Shown piece by piece: positions 10,407 to 18,539 of a stretch of DNA of 64,000 bases. Below the pieces are notes generated by a model. The model was not told where the DNA came from, searched no databases, and saw nothing but the letters and a program-made list of their open reading frames with translations. Origin of the DNA: Parcubacteria group bacterium. GTDB taxonomy: Bacteria; Patescibacteriota; Minisyncoccia; Phycocordibacterales; GCA-002724975. The stretch spans positions 1,152 to 65,151 of the forward strand of contig PBQF01000039.1 in NCBI GenBank assembly GCA_002724975.1, written 5' to 3'. Position 1 is the first letter of the stretch. Every line of letters begins with the position of its first letter. The translations under genes were made by a program, and so were the position numbers.

Positions 10407-10679
10407 CTACCCGTCCATGCCCGCCTGAGCCTCCATCTGCTCCCGGTGGGCATGCTGTTCCCGCTCCACGCGAGCCTTCATCTTGGTGCAGAACTCGCCA
10501 CAGGCGGTTCTCACCATTCCCAGGAGCATCAGCCTGGCTTCCGTTGTGTCAGCCGGACCCATGTCCTTGGTCAGCTCGCCGAGCTCCCTGGACAACCCTC
10601 CCAGCTTTTCGGAGACCGACTTCGTGATCGCCGCCCGGATGAGCCGTTCGTGGATGTGTTGCGGGTGGTGGTCTGCCAT
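10407..10679 (-). CDS. GC-rich small helical hypothetical protein (cassette A)
   Basis: AAGGAGG SD just upstream of ATG 10679; own promoter and terminator. Confidence 0.7.
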   Translation of the reverse strand: MADHHPQHIHERLIRAAITKSVSEKLGGLSRELGELTKDMGPADTTEARLMLLGMVRTACGEFCTKMKARVEREQHAHREQMEAQAGMDG

Positions 10680-10727
10680 AGTAGAACCTCCTTGAATGTA
10701 GACTAGCTTATTCCAGCCTACGCCCAC

Positions 10728-10756
10728 ATTATATATCAAACTGCTGGAAAAGTCAA
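10728..10756 (-). promoter_or_regulatory. sigma70 promoter, cassette A
   Basis: TTGACT-17 bp-TATAAT on minus strand. Confidence 0.8.
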
Positions 10757-10771
10757 TAGCAACTAAAGAAG

Positions 10772-11347
10772 TCAGTTAGTCTTAGCTTTCCACCATTCCT
10801 TAGCAATTACTTCCAACTCTTTCAGATAGCCATTTTTACCCTTCCTGTAAGCAGGATAGTCATTTGGGTGTTGCTCGTTTAGTTTTATTTTTAAATCTTC
10901 ATATTCTTTAGCCTTCTCTGGGTGTTCTTTTAGATAGCTTGTTACTTCAATAAAATGTCTTGCTTCTTCTGACCCCTCAAAACAGACGTGAATATTTTGA
11001 GTTTTTTGGTCATTGTCTTCAGACTTCCAAAATGTAGTAGTTCCCTCTTGGATATAGTTATCTTGATACTCATATCCAAGTCCAACCATTTTCTCTTTTT
11101 CCTCAACTAAATCTTGAACATCAGGAACTATCAATAAGATATCCACTATTGGCTTGGCTTTAATTTCTGGAATTGCTGTAGAGCCGACATGAACTATTTT
11201 CATCGCTTTACCTCTAAAAACTTCTTCCAAAGTCTTTTTGATTTCCTCAAATTTATCATTCCAGTCCGTAGTATAGCTAACCAAAGAATATGGACGCTTC
11301 TTTTTCTTGTGTTCAGTTATCTCGTCAAAAAAATGTTCCTCTTTCAT
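10772..11347 (-). CDS. GrpB family nucleotidyltransferase-fold protein
   Basis: HVGSTAIP..KAKPIVDI, YL..HP....EY..LK and Y.KGK motifs. Confidence 0.88.
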   Translation of the reverse strand: MKEEHFFDEITEHKKKKRPYSLVSYTTDWNDKFEEIKKTLEEVFRGKAMKIVHVGSTAIPEIKAKPIVDILLIVPDVQDLVEEKEKMVGLGYEYQDNYIQEGTTTFWKSEDNDQKTQNIHVCFEGSEEARHFIEVTSYLKEHPEKAKEYEDLKIKLNEQHPNDYPAYRKGKNGYLKELEVIAKEWWKAKTN

Positions 11348-11838
11348 ATTAAATCTTTCTCCATGAGAAGGGTGTCTGTATATTTACCATTATCCCTTTT
11401 AATATCATTCTCAAATTTCTCTAAGAGCTTGTATCCATTCTTTTCAGCAAATTTAACTGCTGTTACATTATCTGCAATCACATAAAGTCTAACCTTTTCG
11501 GCACCTCTGGACTTTGCCCATTCTTCTCTAGCTTTCACCAATTCCTTGGCCATACCTTTTCCACGATATTCAGACAAAACACCTAGCTTATGCATTACTG
11601 GTATTTCAGGGAATTTATCATAGAAATTAATACGCCCCATACCAACAAAATTATTATCATCAATAGCAATAAAAGTCTTTCCGTCTTTTTTCTCCAACCT
11701 ATTAATCCAATAATCCCCATCTTTCACAGACATTTCTTCATATGTGTCTACAAAGGCTTGCGGGTCTTCTCTTAATAGAGTTAGATACAAATCACGAACT
11801 TTCTCCCAATCTTTGACTATCGCTTCTCTAATTTCCAT
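11344..11838 (-). CDS. GNAT family N-acetyltransferase
   Basis: V..EYRGKGMA acetyl-CoA motif; N..A.KF.EKNGY. Confidence 0.88.
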   Translation of the reverse strand: MEIREAIVKDWEKVRDLYLTLLREDPQAFVDTYEEMSVKDGDYWINRLEKKDGKTFIAIDDNNFVGMGRINFYDKFPEIPVMHKLGVLSEYRGKGMAKELVKAREEWAKSRGAEKVRLYVIADNVTAVKFAEKNGYKLLEKFENDIKRDNGKYTDTLLMEKDLI

Positions 11839-11944
11839 ACCAAAATCCTACCACAGTTCAAAATCCCTAAAACCCTTACACTTTTAGTGATTTTAGATGC
11901 TCACTATCTCCAACCCACAATGCTCGCACAATCGTCCTAATATG

Positions 11945-12019
11945 CGCGGGTGATGGGATTTGAACCCACGACCTTCCCCGTGACAGGGGGACACTCTCAC
12001 CAGGCTGAGCTACACCCGC
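11945..12019 (-). tRNA. tRNA-Asp(GTC)
   Basis: GCGGGTG acceptor stem; anticodon arm TCCCC-CTGTCAC-GGGGA. Confidence 0.92.
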
Positions 12020-12154
12020 ATATTTAAAACTCTTAAAACTTCTCTAAACTTTTTGTGTTTCTTTATTAAATATAAAGTGGCAGGCACATTATTATACATA
12101 AATTTATATAGGGCAAGTGAATCTTATATAAACTCACAAATCTACTCAACTGAA

Positions 12155-12192
12155 AAGAAAAAGGCGCACCACCCACTGTGAGTGATGCGCCC
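12155..12192 (-). terminator. Intrinsic terminator, cassette B
   Basis: Minus strand GGCGCATCAC...GTGGTGCGCC-TTTTT. Confidence 0.75.
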
Positions 12193-12329
12193 GTGGTTGT
12201 CCCGGAACAAGGGGGATCGGTTCTTGTTCTGCCCTTGCTCTCGTAAAGAGAGGAAGAACAATTACCCGTTTAGGAGGGAGAGTTCCCTCACCCTGTCGTT
12301 CTTTCGGGACGTGCCTTGGCCTCCTAGCC

Positions 12330-12602
12330 TTACGCTGGAACGATTCGAGGGGGCCTCTCCTCCTCGTTCTTGTGAGGCACTGGTTCCACCCGGAAGGTGG
12401 GTTCCTTGAACATATCTGTAACCAGCTCAAGGACGACCCCCTCAAGTACCTCACTGAGTTCCTCTGGTTTTACTTTGATTTTCCGAGCCATGTTCCCGAG
12501 TTCACGCCTGAACTCGGAAGGGGGTAGGAGTCTGAAGTTGTTGAGGATGTAGTGACTCAGCAACTTGTTGCAAATGATAACGCGTCTGCTTTTGTTGTTC
12601 AC
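12330..12602 (-). CDS. GC-rich small helical hypothetical protein (cassette B)
   Basis: AGGAGG SD before GTG 12602; own consensus promoter. Confidence 0.72.
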   Translation of the reverse strand: MNNKSRRVIICNKLLSHYILNNFRLLPPSEFRRELGNMARKIKVKPEELSEVLEGVVLELVTDMFKEPTFRVEPVPHKNEEERPPRIVPA

Positions 12603-12677
12603 GATAGACCTCCTAATGTACTGTTGCCACGAAGCTTTCGTGACTTAGGGCCCCAAAACCACTCTGGGGACACTTCA

Positions 12678-12706
12678 ATTATAGTAAATGACACTCTTAC
12701 TGTCAA
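12678..12706 (-). promoter_or_regulatory. Perfect consensus sigma70 promoter, cassette B
   Basis: TTGACA-17 bp-TATAAT. Confidence 0.85.
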
Positions 12707-12733
12707 GTCATTGCGACAGAAAAAGTCGGATTC

Positions 12734-12810
12734 TGGTGCCGGGGGTGGGAGTTGAACCCACGACCTCTGCTTTATGAGTGCAGTGCTCTAACCAACTGAG
12801 CTACCCCGAC
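12734..12810 (-). tRNA. tRNA with CAT anticodon (elongator Met or Ile2), encoded CCA
   Basis: GTCGGGG acceptor stem; CTCATAA loop; ends ...CCCCGGCACCA. Confidence 0.9.
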
Positions 12811-12899
12811 ATTATACAAACAATAATTAGCATAATGAAATAAAGTTCCTTTTTCAAGCATCTTTATTCTTTTTTTCTAATGTCCTATACTCCTAGAAT

Positions 12900-13523
12900 A
12901 TGCCCGAGATAATCCAAAACTACCTGCAAATCCACATTGCTTTGGCGCCTGTCATTTCCATTATTTTAAGAACAGCATCTATAATAGCTGCACCTGTTCC
13001 TGGTACTCCAATTGACCTCTTAAATTTAGCTTTTTTTAGCAAAATGGCTGGGTTTATTTATGCCGAATCCAGTATTATTATTGGAAGCTCTATGAACTTC
13101 TGGATTGCTAGAAAATTTGGGAGACCGGCTGTTAAAAATTTCATTCCACTTGAAAAAATAGATCTTTGGGAGAAAAGAATCGATGAGAAAAGCGGTTTCG
13201 GAGGATTAATACTTATAAGAATGTTTACCGTCTCAATATTTGACTATTTAAGCTATGTCGCCGGTTTAACCAAAATAAGTTTTTGGAAGTTTCTATCTAC
13301 TTCTATAATTGCCTCTATTCCGCCAATGGCTGCCCTTTATTATTTTGGGGGAATTATTTTAGAGAGGGAATTCTTCTTGGCACTGTTGCTAATAGCACCA
13401 TTTATAATTCTTGGAATCCTCTTTCATCAGGGAAAGATTTTTAAGAGATTTGCTGACTATCTAAGTATTCAAGACAGAATAAGAAAAATAAATAATTTCA
13501 TAAACAAAAACAGAGAACCATAG
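12900..13523 (+). CDS. VTT domain (DedA/TVP38) membrane protein
   Basis: PVPG, FWIARKFGR, R.....FDYLSYVAGLTKISFWKF motifs. Confidence 0.85.
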   Translation: MPEIIQNYLQIHIALAPVISIILRTASIIAAPVPGTPIDLLNLAFFSKMAGFIYAESSIIIGSSMNFWIARKFGRPAVKNFIPLEKIDLWEKRIDEKSGFGGLILIRMFTVSIFDYLSYVAGLTKISFWKFLSTSIIASIPPMAALYYFGGIILEREFFLALLLIAPFIILGILFHQGKIFKRFADYLSIQDRIRKINNFINKNREP

Positions 13524-13544
13524 TTCTCTGATTTTGTTTAAGTG

Positions 13545-13615
13545 TTGCGGGGCCGGGATTTGCACCCGGGTCTCGAGGTTATGAGCCTCGTGAGATACTA
13601 CTTCTCCACCCCGCT
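13545..13615 (-). tRNA. Initiator tRNA-fMet(CAT)
   Basis: AGCGGGG...CCCCGCAA with unpaired 1:72; anticodon arm CGAGG-CTCATAA-CCTCG. Confidence 0.85.
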
Positions 13616-13658
13616 ATATTGCCAAGTCATTATACAAAAAAATCAGCTAAAAACAATT

Positions 13659-13693
13659 GCCGCACCCCGATTGTAAGTCGTCGGAGGTGCGGC
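13659..13693 (-). terminator. Hairpin terminator, cassette C
   Basis: GCCGCACC...GGTGCGGC followed by a T-rich tract on minus strand. Confidence 0.65.
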
Positions 13694-13717
13694 AAGGTAA
13701 ACGAGGCTATTCCAGCG

Positions 13718-13969
13718 TCAGGCCAGATTGTCGAAGTCTTCCCACTTGGGCTTTGTGGAACCGTCGAAAAGGACTTGAACCATCACCGTTCGGGGATGGC
13801 CAATAACCAATCTTGGTGGCTGGAAATCCTTGGCAATCCCTCCCTGTCCACTGGACTTACTCCTTACTCTCTGCCCCACTTTAATTTTCTTGGAAGAGGG
13901 TTCAGGGCCATCAGAAACTGATTGAACCTCACCCTTCTCTGTAACGAGGATAAATATTCTATTCCCCAC
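13718..13969 (-). CDS. Small hypothetical protein, possible SH3/KOW-like barrel (cassette C)
   Basis: GGAGGTG SD before GTG 13969; IKVGQRVR..G.G....V.V.FD pattern; TTGACA at 14011-14016 with TG-extended TAACTT. Confidence 0.65.
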   Translation of the reverse strand: MGNRIFILVTEKGEVQSVSDGPEPSSKKIKVGQRVRSKSSGQGGIAKDFQPPRLVIGHPRTVMVQVLFDGSTKPKWEDFDNLA

Positions 13970-14016
13970 GGCATCACCTCCAATCAAGAAGTTACCAGAA
14001 GATTACAACTTGTCAA

Positions 14017-15048
14017 TTATTCTTCCCCTGGCTTCCCTATTTCAAGTGGTTCAACCCCTGCCGAGGTACCAGAAATTTTCAATACATCCTTATCAATTTT
14101 TTTAAGCTCTTTATGGGCTGTATTGTAATGATTGACTGTCGTCCCAAGAGAACTACCAAGCTTTCCCAAAAAAGTATCATAGTTGGCTACATGCCTGCCC
14201 AGAACTTCCACGTTCTGTCTGATTTCTTTAGCACTCTCCTCAATCTGCAAGGCCCGAAGCCCTTGTAAAACTGTTTGGAGATAGGCCATGAATGAAGTTG
14301 GTGAGACGATAATCACTTTCTTTTGCTGAAAAGCATACTCAATCAAATCTCTTGTATTTGCCTTAACTGCTCCAACTTGATTGACTAAAAGATCGTAGTA
14401 AATCCCTTCCGATGGTATAAACATAAAAGCAAAGTCCATCGTACCCTCTTTTGGTCTAATATATTTACTGGTTTCGTTAATCCTATTTTTTAAATCCTGC
14501 CTGAATGCTTTTTCAAGTTTCTCTCTTTCACTCTGCTCTCTTTCTTCTAAAATTTTATTGTAATTTTCAAGAGAGAATTTTGAATCAATCGGCAAAATTT
14601 TACCCTTTTCCAAAAAAATCACTGCATCAACTATTTCCCCATTATCAAACTTGTATTGCATTTTAAACCTGTCGGGCGGTAAAACATTTTTCAAAACTGT
14701 TTCTAAATAATACTCCCCCAGAACTCCTCTTTGCTTTGGATTTTTCAAAACGTCCTGTAAATTCTGAAGCTGGTCGGCAAAACCTAAAACATTCTTATTC
14801 GTCTCTTCTAATTTTGTCAGTCCCTGCACAACGTCTCTCACAATCCTGTTTGCCTCATTGGACTGACTTTGTATTTGCTTGGTAGTCTCTCCAATTTTTT
14901 GGTCCATCGTTTTGGTAAGCTCATTTAATTGAGTCTGGAGCATTAAAAAGCTATTCGAATCAGCTCCGTCTCCATCCTTGCGGTTAAACCACCAGATTAG
15001 AAACCCGAGCAAAATAAAGCCAAAAATCAGAATAACATTCGTTAACAT
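14017..15048 (-). CDS. rmuC: DNA recombination protein RmuC
   Basis: KQRGVLGE, IDSKF, KYI...GT.DFA.MFIPSE and SPT motifs. Confidence 0.93.
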   Translation of the reverse strand: MLTNVILIFGFILLGFLIWWFNRKDGDGADSNSFLMLQTQLNELTKTMDQKIGETTKQIQSQSNEANRIVRDVVQGLTKLEETNKNVLGFADQLQNLQDVLKNPKQRGVLGEYYLETVLKNVLPPDRFKMQYKFDNGEIVDAVIFLEKGKILPIDSKFSLENYNKILEEREQSEREKLEKAFRQDLKNRINETSKYIRPKEGTMDFAFMFIPSEGIYYDLLVNQVGAVKANTRDLIEYAFQQKKVIIVSPTSFMAYLQTVLQGLRALQIEESAKEIRQNVEVLGRHVANYDTFLGKLGSSLGTTVNHYNTAHKELKKIDKDVLKISGTSAGVEPLEIGKPGEE

Positions 15049-15121
15049 GGGCGCATTATATCACCAAATGAAAAGGCCGTCTTGAAGCGCTGGGCGCGTG
15101 CTCCACGACGGCGACAAATTA

Positions 15122-17794
15122 TCACAAGTTTCCCTTGGATGACTTAAATAGCAGGAATTTTGCAACCTCTATAGTCAAGAGGTTGAATATTCCAACTATA
15201 AATAGGAAGCTGATTCCCTTCAAACTTAAAGGAACTAGCCGCAAAAGCTCTCTTAATGGCTCTAGTGCCAAAGCACCGAACAATAGGGTAATACTTATGA
15301 ACATTGAAAGAATAAGGTACTTGTTTGAGAAAATGTCTATCTTCCAAATCGGTGTCCGAAGACTCTTAAATGAAAGAGAAAAGAAAATCGAGTCAAGAGC
15401 CAAAACAGCAAAGATCATCGTCCTCACTTCTTCAATCGGTAGCCCAAGTCTCAACAAAAAGAAGTAGATAATAACGGTGGAGACTCCGGTAATAACACCA
15501 ACTGTGAATATCAATTTTTTAACCTCTGGAGTTAGAACGTTTCTTGAAGAGAGAAGATGTGGTCTCCTTTTCATTACATCGCCCTCTTTTGGTTCAAAAG
15601 CAAAAGCAAAATTCATTGCTCCTTCTTCAACAATATTTATCCAAAGAATCTGAGCCGGCAAAATTGGCAGAGGTAGTCCAAAGGCCAGAGCGGCCACTAT
15701 AATAAAAATTTCCCCAAAACTAGTTGAGAGGAGAAAGCTGATAATTTTTTTGAGGTTGTCTACTATTCTTCTTCCCTCTTCGATGGCCCGAACAATGACC
15801 GAGAAGTTATTGTCGAGTAAAATCATGTCTGATGACTCTTTGGCCACTTCCGTTCCGCTATTAACAGCAATTCCAATGTCAGCACCTTTAAGGGCTGGAG
15901 CATCATTTACACCATCCCCAGTCATAGCAACTATTTCTCCGGCACCCTGCAAAATTCTTGAAATCCGAAGTTTTTGCGAAGGTAAAACTCTAGCAAAAAC
16001 TTTAACCTTTTTCAAAACTCCCAATAAATCCTTATCGTTCATAGAAGCAATATCCTTGCCTTCTAAAATCATGTCCTCACGAGTAGCAATACCGACATCC
16101 TGGGCAATTTTATGCGCCGTAAAAACATTATCTCCTGTAATCATAATAACCCTGGCCCCCGCTTCTTTGGCCGTCTTGATAGCAGCGCCAACATCTTCCC
16201 GAATAGAGTCTTCAAATGAAATCAGGCCGGCAAAGATAATATTGTTATACTCCTTGCTTTCCTTAATATTGGTTTTGGGTAGATTTTTTGAATTTGTATC
16301 CTTATACGCCAAAGCCAGAAAACGAAGTCCTTGCCTGCTCCATTTTTCCTGAATTTTCTCAAATTCCTTTTTGACTTCGTTGGTAATTTTAATTTCTTTT
16401 CCATTCTTCAGAACAAAATCAGATTTCTCCAAAAGAGCTTCCGGCGAACCACTTAAATATACTCTCTTTTGTTTAGTACCTGCTACATAATTCAGGGAAG
16501 CTAAAAATCTGTTTTCCGATTCAAAAGGCAGAAAATCAATTCTCCTGTCAGTCTCTTCCATGTCAAAATAATTAAAGCCGGCTTCAAGTCCAGCCATAAT
16601 AATGGCTTTTTCCAGAGGTCGGCCTCTGACAATAATTTCTGAATCCTCTTCATTCTCTTCAATGAAGGCATCAGATGAAAGAACTGTCATTTTTAGAAGT
16701 TCCCTTTCGTCGCTTTCGTTAAAATCAGATTTATTTATAGTCCCCAGGGTATAAGTTGAAGCAAGCTTCATTACCCCCTTGGTTAAAGTGCCGGTTTTGT
16801 CGGTCAAAATAACCGTTGTCGAGCCAAGGGTTTCAGCTGCTAAAAGATTCCGAACCAGTCCACCTTTATTTAAAATTCTTTCCATTCCTAAAACCAAAAC
16901 AACGGTCACTGCTGCGGGTAGCCCTTCAGGAATAACAGAAACAGCCATGGCGACCGAAACCAAAAGCATTTCCCCTATTTCGAGCCCTCTGAAAATTCCA
17001 AGACCAAAGATAAGGAGGACGATTACACTGACAGCAAAAGCTAGAAACTTTGCAATTCTTCTAATATTCCTTTGTATCGGTGTTCGTCTTTTGCTATCTG
17101 AGGAAAGACTCTCGGCAATTCTTCCTATTTCAGTTTTAGCACCAATCTGAACCACAACCCCTTTGGCAAAACCAGAGGAGACGAGAGTTCCCATCCAAGT
17201 CATGTTTGATTGATCTGATAACGGTTTTTCTCTGGCCACAACTACGGCTTCCTTTGGTACATCGGCCCATTCTCCAGTTAAGACACTTTCATTAACCTCA
17301 AAATTTGTTGCTTCAACTAATCTAATATCCGCTGGCACAAAACTACCCGCCTCCAAGAAAACCAAATCACCTTGAACCAAATCCTCAATTGGAATTATAA
17401 ATTTTCTACCGTGGCGTATGACCGAAGTAAAGTGTTTTTGAGAATTATTTAGTTTTTGGAAGGCCTTGTCCGCTCTTTCTTCTTGTAGAGTTCCAATAAG
17501 GGTGTTTATAAAAACAGCAATGAAGATTACCGCCGTGTCTATATATTCTTTTAGAAAAAAAGTGACTAAACCAGCAACAACCAAGACTAGAACTAGAGGA
17601 CTTTTAATTTGGTTTAGAACCATTTTAAAAATTCCATCCTGTTTGCTCTTTACTAGAATATTTTTACCATATTTCCTCCTTCTATCTAAAACCGTCTCGT
17701 TTGTAAGACCGTTTTTAAGATCAGTATCTAGAACAGTAACAATTTCTTCTTTTGGTAGAGCATGCCAAGTAATTTTCGGACCAATTAGAGCCAT
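15122..17794 (-). CDS. Cation-transporting P-type ATPase (P2A-like)
   Basis: PEGLP, DKTGTLT, TGD and TGDGVNDAPALK motifs. Confidence 0.93.
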   Translation of the reverse strand: MALIGPKITWHALPKEEIVTVLDTDLKNGLTNETVLDRRRKYGKNILVKSKQDGIFKMVLNQIKSPLVLVLVVAGLVTFFLKEYIDTAVIFIAVFINTLIGTLQEERADKAFQKLNNSQKHFTSVIRHGRKFIIPIEDLVQGDLVFLEAGSFVPADIRLVEATNFEVNESVLTGEWADVPKEAVVVAREKPLSDQSNMTWMGTLVSSGFAKGVVVQIGAKTEIGRIAESLSSDSKRRTPIQRNIRRIAKFLAFAVSVIVLLIFGLGIFRGLEIGEMLLVSVAMAVSVIPEGLPAAVTVVLVLGMERILNKGGLVRNLLAAETLGSTTVILTDKTGTLTKGVMKLASTYTLGTINKSDFNESDERELLKMTVLSSDAFIEENEEDSEIIVRGRPLEKAIIMAGLEAGFNYFDMEETDRRIDFLPFESENRFLASLNYVAGTKQKRVYLSGSPEALLEKSDFVLKNGKEIKITNEVKKEFEKIQEKWSRQGLRFLALAYKDTNSKNLPKTNIKESKEYNNIIFAGLISFEDSIREDVGAAIKTAKEAGARVIMITGDNVFTAHKIAQDVGIATREDMILEGKDIASMNDKDLLGVLKKVKVFARVLPSQKLRISRILQGAGEIVAMTGDGVNDAPALKGADIGIAVNSGTEVAKESSDMILLDNNFSVIVRAIEEGRRIVDNLKKIISFLLSTSFGEIFIIVAALAFGLPLPILPAQILWINIVEEGAMNFAFAFEPKEGDVMKRRPHLLSSRNVLTPEVKKLIFTVGVITGVSTVIIYFFLLRLGLPIEEVRTMIFAVLALDSIFFSLSFKSLRTPIWKIDIFSNKYLILSMFISITLLFGALALEPLRELLRLVPLSLKGISFLFIVGIFNLLTIEVAKFLLFKSSKGNL

Positions 17795-17813
17795 AGATTA
17801 AGTATAAAGTATA

Positions 17814-18290
17814 ATGTATGATGTACCATGTACAAAAACTATGATTCACACTGATTTGAAAAAAGAAATGCAGGAGGCTTTGAAAGCTAAAGAAGAAGTT
17901 AGACTATCGGTTATCCGAGGACTTTTGAGTGCCTTTACCAATGAGCTTGTGACTAAAAAAAGAAAGCCGGACGGAGAGCTTAGTGACGAAGAAGCAATGG
18001 AGGTAATTTCAAGAGGTGCCAAACAAAGAAAAGATTCTATCGAGCAGTTTAGAAAAGGCGGACGGGAAGATTTGGCTCAAAAAGAAGAGGAGGAGCTTAA
18101 AATTCTTGAAAATTATCTGCCAGAAATGATGAGTTGTAAAGAAATTGAAAAAATTGCCCAAGCCAAAAAAGAAGAGATGGGGGTTGATGATAAGGCCAAA
18201 ATGGGAATGTTAATGGGAGCAATTATGAAAGAATTAAAAGGTAAAGCTAATGGTGAAGATGTAAAAACCGTTGTTGAAGGCTTATTTTAA
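17814..18290 (+). CDS. GatB/YqeY domain protein
   Basis: KQRKDSIEQF..GGREDL...E..EL.IL..YLP; MG.LMG. Confidence 0.92.
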   Translation: MYDVPCTKTMIHTDLKKEMQEALKAKEEVRLSVIRGLLSAFTNELVTKKRKPDGELSDEEAMEVISRGAKQRKDSIEQFRKGGREDLAQKEEEELKILENYLPEMMSCKEIEKIAQAKKEEMGVDDKAKMGMLMGAIMKELKGKANGEDVKTVVEGLF

Positions 18291-18313
18291 ATTTTAATTA
18301 TATAAACACCACG

Positions 18314-18339
18314 ACCGCGGACAGCAAATTGTCCGCGGT
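18314..18339. terminator. Hairpin between yqeY and cassette D
   Basis: ACCGCGGACA...TGTCCGCGGT inverted repeat. Confidence 0.75.
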
Positions 18340-18354
18340 TTTAGTTTTAAATCA

Positions 18355-18492
18355 TCAAGGAAACCCTGACTTACGTCTCCGAGCAGAGCTCAGAATTAGA
18401 TAGTAAACATAAGCGGGGGAACACACGATGACACAGGCTGAGAGACCCAGAATCAATAGGATAAGGGTCACAATCTTCTTGATTCTCTTCAT
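18355..18492 (-). CDS. 45-aa single-TM small protein (cassette D)
   Basis: GAGGTG SD before ATG 18492; TTGACT (18534-18539) with TG-extended TAGTCT (18512-18517). Confidence 0.55.
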   Translation of the reverse strand: MKRIKKIVTLILLILGLSACVIVCSPAYVYYLILSSARRRKSGFP

Positions 18493-18539
18493 GGTCTTCA
18501 CCTCTAAACTCAGACTACCATCCTGAAAAACGAAGTCAA

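Noticed and set aside
15750-17801. Long antisense ORFs over the P-type ATPase (likewise over ileS, secD, fusA and the surface proteins)
   Set aside because: Opposite-strand shadows of well-supported genes, with no recognisable motifs.
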